A stretch of DNA of 64,000 nucleotides from Flavobacteriales bacterium (GTDB lineage: Bacteria > Bacteroidota > Bacteroidia > Flavobacteriales > UBA7312), in assembly GCA_029248105.1 (NCBI GenBank), contig JAQWJZ010000011.1, positions 3,221 through 67,220 on the forward strand. The letters are read 5' to 3'. This document shows, piece after piece, positions 9,548-17,561 of the stretch (position 1 is the first letter of the stretch; each line of letters opens with the position of its first letter). The notes beneath the pieces are model-generated. The model saw nothing but the letters and a program-made list of their open reading frames with translations, had not been told where the DNA came from and ran no database searches. The translations under genes were made by a program, and so were the position numbers.

Positions 9548-10293
9548 TAAGTCAACATTCCTCCGCAAACATTTAACACTTGCCCTGAAATATATGATGA
9601 CATATCGGAAGCTAAAAATACCGTAGCATTAGCAATATCTTCAGGTGATCCTCCTCGCTTAAGCGGAATACTATCTGTCCAACCTTTTACAATATTTTCA
9701 TCGAGTTTAGCTGTCATTTCTGTTTCAATAAATCCAGGAGCAATAACATTACAACGGATATTTCTAGAGCCTAGTTCTAAAGCCGTAGATTTAGAAAAAC
9801 CAATAATACCTGCTTTTGAAGCCGAATAATTAGCTTGTCCTGCATTACCTTTTACACCAACTACCGAACTCATATTAATGATAGAACCAGAACGTTGTTT
9901 AAGCATAGGTCTTAGCACAGCCTTAGTTAGGTTGAATATAGATTTCATATTGACTTCCATTACTGTATCAAAATCTTCTTCACTCATGCGCATTAGCAAG
10001 TTATCTTTCGTAATACCAGCATTATTAACCAATACATCTATAGTGCCAAAAGTTTCCATTACATTATCAGCTAAGTCTTGAGCAGCATCAAATTGTGAAG
10101 CGTCTGACTTAAAGCCTTTTGCTTTTATTCCAAAAGCTGATAACTCTTCTTCTAGTGCTTTTGCTTTTTCTTCCGATGATAGGTAGGTGAAAGCAATGTT
10201 AGCTCCTTGCTTAGCAAAAGTCAAAGCTATTCCCTTACCTATTCCTCTTGATGCACCTGTAATAATGGCTGTTTTACCTTCTAATAATTTCAT
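9547..10293 (-). CDS. fabG: 3-oxoacyl-[acyl-carrier-protein] reductase
   Basis: SDR family: TGASRGIG cofactor motif, NNAG, catalytic S...YSASK, and PGFIETEM. Confidence 0.9.
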   Translation of the reverse strand: MKLLEGKTAIITGASRGIGKGIALTFAKQGANIAFTYLSSEEKAKALEEELSAFGIKAKGFKSDASQFDAAQDLADNVMETFGTIDVLVNNAGITKDNLLMRMSEEDFDTVMEVNMKSIFNLTKAVLRPMLKQRSGSIINMSSVVGVKGNAGQANYSASKAGIIGFSKSTALELGSRNIRCNVIAPGFIETEMTAKLDENIVKGWTDSIPLKRGGSPEDIANATVFLASDMSSYISGQVLNVCGGMLT

Positions 10294-10333
10294 TGTTTCA
10301 AATATTTAAATGCTAAAATAATAGTATTCCAAT

Positions 10334-10358
10334 AAAAAAGACGCTAAAAGCGTCTTTT
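10334..10358 (-). terminator. intrinsic terminator after sucD
   Basis: Stem AGACGCT (10339-10345) pairs with AGCGTCT (10349-10355) around a 3-nt loop. It is flanked by A/T runs, giving a T-tract on the minus strand. Confidence 0.7.
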
Positions 10359-10380
10359 CTAGTATTTTTTATATTCTGTT

Positions 10381-11259
10381 TTATGCGTTTACGCGCATCA
10401 ATTCAGCCATCTTAGCGCCAATTTTAGCTGGAGATGCTACAACATGGATACCACATTCACTAAGGATTCTCATTTTAGCTTCAGCCGTATCATCTTCACC
10501 ACCAACAATTGCACCTGCATGCCCCATAGTTCTACCTTTTGGAGCAGTCTGACCAGCTATAAAACCAACTACTGGCTTAGTACCGTTCGCTTTTATCCAA
10601 TGTGCAGCGTCTGCCTCTAACTGACCACCTATTTCACCAATCATAATAATTGCATCAGTTTCTGAGTCATTCATTAGCAATTCAACAGCCTCTTTAGTGG
10701 TAGTTCCAATAATTGGATCGCCACCAATACCGATTGCAGTAGAAATTCCCATTCCTGCCTTAACCACTTGGTCAGCAGCTTCATAAGTCAATGTTCCTGA
10801 CTTTGAAACAACACCTATCCTACCAGATTTAAATACAAATCCTGGCATAATACCGCATTTTGCTTCAACCGGAGTAATTACCCCTGGGCAATTTGGACCA
10901 ACCAAACGACAATCTTTATCAGAAAGGTATTCTTTGACCGTAATCATATCTTTAGTAGGAATTCCTTCCGTAATACAAATTATCACTTTTATTCCTGCTG
11001 CTGCTGCTTCCATAATGGCATCTGCCGCAAAAGCTGGAGGTACAAAAATCAAAGAAGTATTAGCGGCTACTTTTTCTACTGCTTCTACAACAGTATTAAA
11101 AACAGGTCTATCCAGATGTGTTTGACCTCCCTTGCCAGGTGTTACACCACCAACAACATTTGTTCCATACTCTATCATTTGACCAGCGTGAAAAGTACCT
11201 TCACTTCCAGTAAAACCTTGAACAATAACTTTAGAATCTTTATTTACTAATACGCTCAT
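10381..11259 (-). CDS. sucD: succinate--CoA ligase subunit alpha
   Basis: [10 protein letters not shown] CoA-binding motif, SKSGTLTYE, and the phosphohistidine loop GHAGAI. Confidence 0.95.
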   Translation of the reverse strand: MSVLVNKDSKVIVQGFTGSEGTFHAGQMIEYGTNVVGGVTPGKGGQTHLDRPVFNTVVEAVEKVAANTSLIFVPPAFAADAIMEAAAAGIKVIICITEGIPTKDMITVKEYLSDKDCRLVGPNCPGVITPVEAKCGIMPGFVFKSGRIGVVSKSGTLTYEAADQVVKAGMGISTAIGIGGDPIIGTTTKEAVELLMNDSETDAIIMIGEIGGQLEADAAHWIKANGTKPVVGFIAGQTAPKGRTMGHAGAIVGGEDDTAEAKMRILSECGIHVVASPAKIGAKMAELMRVNA

Positions 11260-11284
11260 TTTTGTAATTGTATTTATTTCGATG

Positions 11285-11292
11285 CAAATTTA
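11285..11292 (-). promoter_or_regulatory. Bacteroidota -7 box TAAATTTG (sucD)
   Basis: Exact TAnnTTTG on the minus strand, 25 nt upstream of the sucD ATG. Confidence 0.45.
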
Positions 11293-11335
11293 AAATGAAA
11301 TATGGATTAGGAAAACAAAAAAGCAAAAGACTTTC

Positions 11336-11343
11336 TATCTTTG
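11336..11343 (+). promoter_or_regulatory. Bacteroidota -7 box TATCTTTG (mnmE, leaderless-type spacing)
   Basis: Exact TAnnTTTG only 4 nt upstream of the mnmE ATG (11348). Confidence 0.4.
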
Positions 11344-11347
11344 TCAA

Positions 11348-12700
11348 ATGTTTATCAACAATGATACTATTTGTGCCTTAGCAACTTCTTCTGGTCAAGG
11401 TGCTATTTCTGTAATTCGACTTTCTGGTTGTGAAGCTATTCATATTTGCAATCAATTTTTTACGAATAAGGACTTAACTAAAGTAGATAGTCACACTCTA
11501 CATTTTGGTACTATCCGAAAAGAAAACAAAATATTAGATGAAGTTGTGGTTAGTGTTTTCCGCAATCCACATTCGTACACTGGTGAAGATGTCATAGAAG
11601 TTTCTTGTCATGGATCTGTATATATCCAAAATCAATTGATACAATTATTTATCGGTGCTGGTGCTAGAATGGCAAAGGCAGGTGAATTTACATTGAGAGC
11701 TTTTGCCAACGGTAAGATGGATTTATCACAAGCAGAAGCCGTAGCCGATTTGATAGCTTCTGAAAGTGAGTCAGCACACCAAGTGGCCATGCATCAAATG
11801 CGAGGTGGTTTTTCTAACGAACTTAAAGGGCTTAGAGAGGAGCTTATCAATTTTGCTGCACTTATAGAGCTAGAGCTTGACTTTGGTGAGGAAGATGTAG
11901 AATTTGCTGATAGAGAAAAATTTAATAATCTTCTGATTAAGATTAAAACAGTTATTCAAAACCTAATCGACTCATTTGCTATTGGTAACGTCTTAAAAAA
12001 TGGTGTGCCAGTAGCCATAGTTGGTCAACCAAACGTAGGCAAGTCTACCCTTCTCAACGCCTTACTCAATGAGGAAAGGGCTATTGTATCTGAAATAGCA
12101 GGTACTACACGTGATACAATAGAAGATGTTATTATAATGGGCGGAATACAATTCCGATTTATTGACACTGCCGGATTGCGAGAAACCCAAGACACTATAG
12201 AAAAAATAGGTATTCAAAAAGCGGTAGAAAAAGCTTTAGAAGCTCAAATAATAATTTTTATCATTGATGCCACTCAAAGCTTAGACACTCAACTGAAAGA
12301 ATTGGAGTTACTAAAAGAGAAAGGATTAAAAGAGCCATTATTGGTAGTCAACAAAATAGATTTGAATACTGAAATCAAGGAAAAGCTACCACAGGCATTA
12401 TTCATATCAGCGAAGCATAAAAAAGGTATTGAAGCTTTTTCCCAAAAAATGATCGACCTCGTGAACACATCATCTTTAGGAAATAGCACTTTAGTAAGTA
12501 ATAATCGGCACCTTGAGGCACTAAATCTGTCCCTAGAAAATATTGTTAAAACAATTGATGGACTGAACGGTGGTATCAGCGGCGATTTCTTAGCTATGGA
12601 TATCCGTCAAGCGCTTCACCATATTGGCGAGATTACAGGTGAAATTTCTTCTGACGATCTTTTAGAAAATATTTTTTCTAATTTCTGCATCGGAAAATAG
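11348..12700 (+). CDS. mnmE: tRNA uridine-5-carboxymethylaminomethyl modification GTPase
   Basis: N-terminal DTICALAT..GQGAISVIR, G1 motif GQPNVGKST, DTAG, NKID, and the C-terminal CIGK signature. Confidence 0.95.
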   Translation: MFINNDTICALATSSGQGAISVIRLSGCEAIHICNQFFTNKDLTKVDSHTLHFGTIRKENKILDEVVVSVFRNPHSYTGEDVIEVSCHGSVYIQNQLIQLFIGAGARMAKAGEFTLRAFANGKMDLSQAEAVADLIASESESAHQVAMHQMRGGFSNELKGLREELINFAALIELELDFGEEDVEFADREKFNNLLIKIKTVIQNLIDSFAIGNVLKNGVPVAIVGQPNVGKSTLLNALLNEERAIVSEIAGTTRDTIEDVIIMGGIQFRFIDTAGLRETQDTIEKIGIQKAVEKALEAQIIIFIIDATQSLDTQLKELELLKEKGLKEPLLVVNKIDLNTEIKEKLPQALFISAKHKKGIEAFSQKMIDLVNTSSLGNSTLVSNNRHLEALNLSLENIVKTIDGLNGGISGDFLAMDIRQALHHIGEITGEISSDDLLENIFSNFCIGK

Positions 12701-12789
12701 TAGTTTCTATCTGATAATTCAATACTTTAAAAAAAATCATTTTTGAGAAATATCTTTTATTTAATTTTTTTCTGATATTAGCTTTAATT

Positions 12790-13740
12790 ATGAAAAACTA
12801 TTTTTTCATCCTATCCTTCTCTCGTTCTGGTAGCACAACACTTGGACAAAAATTAAACAACCATTCGGATGTGGAAGTAATCAATGAAAGTTGGATGTTT
12901 CCTTTGTTAGGCACTTTGAAATGGAGAAAAATCACTCCACTAAGACAAAAGTATATCTTTAATCAAATAGAAAAAAATAGAGAAAATAATAACTCAAATA
13001 AATTTAACCCAAAGAACGTTGAATCTTTTTCAGTATCAGTAAGGTATTTATTTGAAAACATAACGAATTCTAAAGCTAGTTTCTTAGGAGAGAAAACACC
13101 AACTAACCTATTCTATTACGGCTATTTAAAAAGACGTTTCAAAACAGCAAAATTTATTTTTCTTAAAAGACATCCTCTAGCAATTTGCTCTTCCTATTAT
13201 AGTCGTTGGCATTCATCATCGTACAGCGATAAATTTATTATAGAAACAGTAAATGTTATAAAAGCTTATAATGAAAGATTTGAGGCTATTAACGATAAGG
13301 AAAATATCTTACAGGTAAAATACGAAGAACTTGTAAGTGAAAGTAAAATATGGTTGACAAAAATAGCCCAACATATTGGCTTTGAATTTGAAGAAAAAAT
13401 GCTCGATGAATCAGATGAAAAGCTATTTGAAAACTCTGAATCAGAAAAATACCACCAAGACTCTCATAAATCTCTCAATGATTTTCATGTCGATAAATAC
13501 AAAAAAGTATTTACTCCAAATCAAATACAAGAACTTAGCTACCTATTAAGACACGAAATTAAGAGTTTAGGCTATCCTTTAGACGATTTAATCACGCCTA
13601 ACAACAGAATCAAAAAGCTAGAGAAAAACATAATTCAAAAACGCTCTCTTAAAAGAATATATTTGAGAAGAAAAACATCGCTAGTTAAAGCCAAATTATC
13701 TTACCTTAAATTTATTTTAAAACAGCTATTGAGATTATGA
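12790..13740 (+). CDS. sulfotransferase family protein
   Basis: The N-terminal FSRSGSTTLG matches the 5'-PSB PAPS-binding loop of sulfotransferases, followed by KRHPLA...SYY. The gene is more AT-rich than its neighbours. Confidence 0.7.
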   Translation: MKNYFFILSFSRSGSTTLGQKLNNHSDVEVINESWMFPLLGTLKWRKITPLRQKYIFNQIEKNRENNNSNKFNPKNVESFSVSVRYLFENITNSKASFLGEKTPTNLFYYGYLKRRFKTAKFIFLKRHPLAICSSYYSRWHSSSYSDKFIIETVNVIKAYNERFEAINDKENILQVKYEELVSESKIWLTKIAQHIGFEFEEKMLDESDEKLFENSESEKYHQDSHKSLNDFHVDKYKKVFTPNQIQELSYLLRHEIKSLGYPLDDLITPNNRIKKLEKNIIQKRSLKRIYLRRKTSLVKAKLSYLKFILKQLLRL

Positions 13741-13796
13741 CTTTTTAAAATGTTGTTATTTGGGCAAATAACTTCGGTTTCTGTTTTAGAATTTAT

Positions 13797-13804
13797 TAGA
13801 TTTG
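13797..13804 (+). promoter_or_regulatory. Bacteroidota -7 box TAGATTTG (lpdA)
   Basis: Exact TAnnTTTG 25 nt upstream of the lpdA ATG. Confidence 0.45.
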
Positions 13805-13829
13805 TCACCGATTTAAAACACAATAAAAT

Positions 13830-15218
13830 ATGAATTTTGATGTCATTGTAATAGGAAGTGGACCTGGTGGATATGTTACTGCTATTCGCGCTTCACAATT
13901 AGGGTTAAAAACTGCTATCGTAGAAAAGGAATCTCTTGGAGGTGTATGCTTAAATTGGGGTTGTATTCCAACTAAAGCCCTTTTAAAATCTGCACAAGTT
14001 TTTGAATATATCAAACACGCTGAAGATTATGGAATTAATGTAAAAGATGCTGATGCTGATTTTTCTTCTGTTGTAAAACGTTCTAGAGGCGTTGCAGATG
14101 GAATGAGTAAAGGTATTGACTTCTTAATGAAAAAGAATAAGATAGAAGTGATAATGGGAACAGCTAAAGTAAAAGCTGGTAAAAAAATTGATGTTGTTGA
14201 CGCTGATGGTAAAACATCTGAATACAATGCATCAAATATTATCATTGCTACTGGTGCTCGTTCAAGAGAGCTGCCAAATCTTCCGCAAGACGGCAAAAAA
14301 ATTGTAGGCTACAGAAAAGCTATGACTTTAGACAAAAAACCATCTAAAATGGTTGTTGTGGGTTCTGGTGCTATTGGTGTTGAGTTTGCTTACTTCTATA
14401 ATGCTATGGGTGTTGATGTAACTGTTGTTGAATACATGCCAAACATAGTTCCTGTTGAGGACGAAGATGTATCTAAGCAATTAGCTCGTTCATTCAAAAA
14501 ATCTGGTATTAAGGTAATGACTAATTCTTCTGTTGAAAGCGTTGATACCTCTGGCAAGGGCTGTGTAGTAAGCGTTAAAACAAAGAAAGGCGAAGAAACT
14601 ATGGAATGTGATGTTGTTCTTTCTGCAGTAGGTATCACCGCTAATATTGAAAACATAGGCTTAGAAGATGTAGGAGTCGTAACAGATAAAGGTAAAATTT
14701 TAGTGAACGACTTCTACCAAACGAATATGCCTGGATATTATGCCATCGGTGATGTATTGCCAACCCAAGCACTAGCTCACGTAGCTTCTGCTGAAGGTAT
14801 TATATGTGTAGAAAAGATAGCAGGACACAATCCTGAACCTTTAGACTACGGTAATATTCCTGGTTGTACCTATTGTTCACCAGAAATATCTTCTGTAGGT
14901 TATACTGAAAAGGCTGCAAAGGAAGCTGGTTATGATGTTAAAGTGGGTAAATTCCCATTCTCTGCATCTGGTAAAGCCTCTGCTGCTGGACATAAAGACG
15001 GTTTTGTAAAAGTTATTTTCGATGCTAAGTATGGCGAATGGCTAGGTTGTCACATGATTGGTTACAACGTAACCGAAATGATTGCCGAAGCTGTAGTAGC
15101 ACGTAAGCTTGAAACTACAGGGCACGAAATCTTAAAAGCGGTTCATCCACACCCTACCATGAGTGAAGCCGTGATGGAAGCTGTTGCTGCTGCTTACGAT
15201 GAAGTTATTCATATGTAA
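13830..15218 (+). CDS. lpdA: dihydrolipoyl dehydrogenase
   Basis: FAD motif GSGPGGY, redox-active disulfide GGVCLNWGCIPTK, NAD motif GSGAIGVE, and the C-terminal HPHPTMSE interface motif. Confidence 0.93.
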   Translation: MNFDVIVIGSGPGGYVTAIRASQLGLKTAIVEKESLGGVCLNWGCIPTKALLKSAQVFEYIKHAEDYGINVKDADADFSSVVKRSRGVADGMSKGIDFLMKKNKIEVIMGTAKVKAGKKIDVVDADGKTSEYNASNIIIATGARSRELPNLPQDGKKIVGYRKAMTLDKKPSKMVVVGSGAIGVEFAYFYNAMGVDVTVVEYMPNIVPVEDEDVSKQLARSFKKSGIKVMTNSSVESVDTSGKGCVVSVKTKKGEETMECDVVLSAVGITANIENIGLEDVGVVTDKGKILVNDFYQTNMPGYYAIGDVLPTQALAHVASAEGIICVEKIAGHNPEPLDYGNIPGCTYCSPEISSVGYTEKAAKEAGYDVKVGKFPFSASGKASAAGHKDGFVKVIFDAKYGEWLGCHMIGYNVTEMIAEAVVARKLETTGHEILKAVHPHPTMSEAVMEAVAAAYDEVIHM

Positions 15219-15236
15219 TCGCATAAGACTTTAAAT

Positions 15237-15265
15237 AAAAAGCCCCGCAAATGCGGGGCTTTTTT
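15237..15265. terminator. bidirectional intrinsic terminator between lpdA and the FKBP gene
   Basis: Stem AGCCCCGC (15241-15248) pairs with GCGGGGCT (15253-15260) around a 4-nt loop. It is flanked by an A4 and a T5 run. Confidence 0.85.
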
Positions 15266-15290
15266 AGTTTATAATTGTTTAGTGACTAAT

Positions 15291-15953
15291 TTATCCACCA
15301 ATAGAAATTAATTCTACTTCAAAAATTAGAGTAGCATTTGGTCCAATAGCACCACCTGCACCTCTCTCACCATAAGCAAGATTAGAAGGAATGAATAATT
15401 TGAACTTAGCACCTGGATTCATCAATTGCAAAGCCTCTACCCAACCCGGGATAACACCATTTACTGGAAAAGTAGCTGGTTGACCTCTCTCAACAGAACT
15501 GTCAAATACAGTACCGTCAATTAAAGTACCATGATAATGAACCGTCACTTGATCCGTCTCTTTTGGAGAGTCGCCTGAACCTTCAGTCAATACTTCGTAT
15601 TGCAAACCTGTTGCAGTAGTTACTACACCGTCTCTTTTAGCATTTTCAGCTAAAAAGTTCTGTCCTGCTTCTACATTTTGAGATTGAGCTTTCTGAGCCA
15701 ATTTTCCAAAATACTCTTGAAGAATAACATTAGATTCTTGTTCAGATATTTTCAACTCATTTCCTTCAAATACATCAGTAAATGCTTGAGCAATAGCCTC
15801 AGAGTCAATACTTTCTAGTCCTTGATTTTTAACGCTTTTGGCTACGTTGACACCCAAACTGTAACTTACTTTTTCCATTTCTGTGTTTAAATTTTGTGCA
15901 TTAATGCTAGTTATTCCCATTATTAAAATGAGGGGTAAAAACAATTTTTTCAT
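15291..15953 (-). CDS. FKBP-type peptidyl-prolyl cis-trans isomerase (Mip/FklB-like), secreted
   Basis: Signal peptide, then VTVHYHGTLIDGTVFDSS...GVIPGWVEAL...LIFEVELI FKBP core. Confidence 0.85.
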   Translation of the reverse strand: MKKLFLPLILIMGITSINAQNLNTEMEKVSYSLGVNVAKSVKNQGLESIDSEAIAQAFTDVFEGNELKISEQESNVILQEYFGKLAQKAQSQNVEAGQNFLAENAKRDGVVTTATGLQYEVLTEGSGDSPKETDQVTVHYHGTLIDGTVFDSSVERGQPATFPVNGVIPGWVEALQLMNPGAKFKLFIPSNLAYGERGAGGAIGPNATLIFEVELISIGG

Positions 15954-15975
15954 CTCAGTTAAATTTTATGAACGG

Positions 15976-15983
15976 CAAATATA
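15976..15983 (-). promoter_or_regulatory. Bacteroidota -7 box TATATTTG (FKBP gene)
   Basis: Exact TAnnTTTG on the minus strand, 22 nt upstream of ATG 15953. Confidence 0.45.
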
Positions 15984-16046
15984 CTTTAAATCTATTTATT
16001 AAAGTTTTATTGTGAGAGGTTTTGTATCTTTATCCCTTATTGAAAA

Positions 16047-16589
16047 ATGGAATTTAAAACAACAGACATAGAAGGATTAGTCATCATAGAACCTAGGGTT
16101 TTTAGTGATGAAAGAGGCTATTTTTATGAAAGCTACAACAAAGCTGCGTTTAATAAAAAGGGACTAGACCTAACATTTATTCAAGACAATCAATCCCTAT
16201 CTCAAAAAGGAGTACTAAGAGGCTTACACTTTCAAGCACCTCCCTTTGAACAAGGTAAATTGGTACGTGTTATTCAAGGCAGTGTACTAGACGTTGCTGT
16301 TGACATACGCCCACACTCTCCTACTTATGGTAAACACCAAAGTATAATACTTAGTGGGGAAAACAAAACACAGTTTTGGATACCACCAGGATTTGCACAC
16401 GGCTTTGTTACGCTAGAAGATAATACCATATTTTGTTACAAATGCACTGGCCCCTATTCCAAAGAATCTGAAGGAGCTATATTGTGGAATGACTCACAAT
16501 TGAACATCAATTGGGGTATTGACAATCCAATAGTATCAGAAAAAGACCAAGAAGCCGAATTATTTAAATATTTCAAAAGCCCTTTTTAA
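16047..16589 (+). CDS. rfbC: dTDP-4-dehydrorhamnose 3,5-epimerase
   Basis: DERGYFYE, RGLHFQ, KLVRV..G.VLDVAVD and PPGFAHGF cupin motifs. Confidence 0.9.
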   Translation: MEFKTTDIEGLVIIEPRVFSDERGYFYESYNKAAFNKKGLDLTFIQDNQSLSQKGVLRGLHFQAPPFEQGKLVRVIQGSVLDVAVDIRPHSPTYGKHQSIILSGENKTQFWIPPGFAHGFVTLEDNTIFCYKCTGPYSKESEGAILWNDSQLNINWGIDNPIVSEKDQEAELFKYFKSPF

Positions 16590-17561
16590 ATGAAAAAACA
16601 CATTCCTTATCTCGCCACTGTTTTTGTTTTATTTTCAATAGTTTTCATCTTTAGCTTCTCATCAAAAGAACATTCGGACAATATTTTAGTTCTTGAAAAC
16701 CTTAAAGAGAAGTACAGCATCTTTGCTCTTCCCAAGCCCTCGTCAAACATCTATTTTGCCAATGAAAGAGTACCATTAGAAAACCCAGATATCTGGGAAC
16801 GCTACGACAAAGAGTTATTAAAAAATACCTATTGGCAATCCAATACCCTACTGTTACATAAAAGAGCTGCTAAGTATTTTCCTATTATAGAACCCATATT
16901 GAAAAAAAATAATCTCCCTGACGACTTCAAGTATTTAGCTCTAATAGAAAGTGGTTTGGAAAATGTCACTTCTCCAGCTGGAGCAAAAGGATTTTGGCAA
17001 ATTATGAAATCTACAGCTAAAGAATTTAATTTAGAAGTCAACACTGAAGTAGATGAACGCTATCATATTCAGAAATCAACTCAGGCTGCTTGTGATTTTT
17101 TATCTTCAGCAAAAAGTAAGTTTGGTAGTTGGACCTTAGCCGCTGCAGCATATAATATGGGAAGAACAGGGCTACAAAAGCAGATGAATCGTCAGAAATC
17201 ATACACATATTATGATTTGTTACTCAATAACGAAACCTCAAGATACGTATTTAGAATTTTAGCCATAAAAGAAATCATAGAAAACCCTAAGAAATATGGA
17301 TTTCAACTAAGAACAGAAGATTTGTATGAAAACATCCCTACCTATACAGTCATGGTAGACTCTACTGTTAGTAGTTGGGCAGATTTTTCTAGAGAATACG
17401 GCATTAACTATAAAATACTCAAACTTCATAATCCTTGGCTTCGTGAAAGCTATCTTAACAATAAATTGAAAAAAAAATACTATATTGAGATTCCTCAGAA
17501 AGGTAACTACACCTCTCAAAATAACTTAACACAAGCTGACACAAGCCTAATTAATGAGTAA
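16590..17561 (+). CDS. lytic transglycosylase domain protein (MltD-like)
   Basis: SLT catalytic region LALIESGLE, AGAKGFWQIM, AAAYNMG. The start abuts the rfbC stop (TAAATG). Confidence 0.8.
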   Translation: MKKHIPYLATVFVLFSIVFIFSFSSKEHSDNILVLENLKEKYSIFALPKPSSNIYFANERVPLENPDIWERYDKELLKNTYWQSNTLLLHKRAAKYFPIIEPILKKNNLPDDFKYLALIESGLENVTSPAGAKGFWQIMKSTAKEFNLEVNTEVDERYHIQKSTQAACDFLSSAKSKFGSWTLAAAAYNMGRTGLQKQMNRQKSYTYYDLLLNNETSRYVFRILAIKEIIENPKKYGFQLRTEDLYENIPTYTVMVDSTVSSWADFSREYGINYKILKLHNPWLRESYLNNKLKKKYYIEIPQKGNYTSQNNLTQADTSLINE

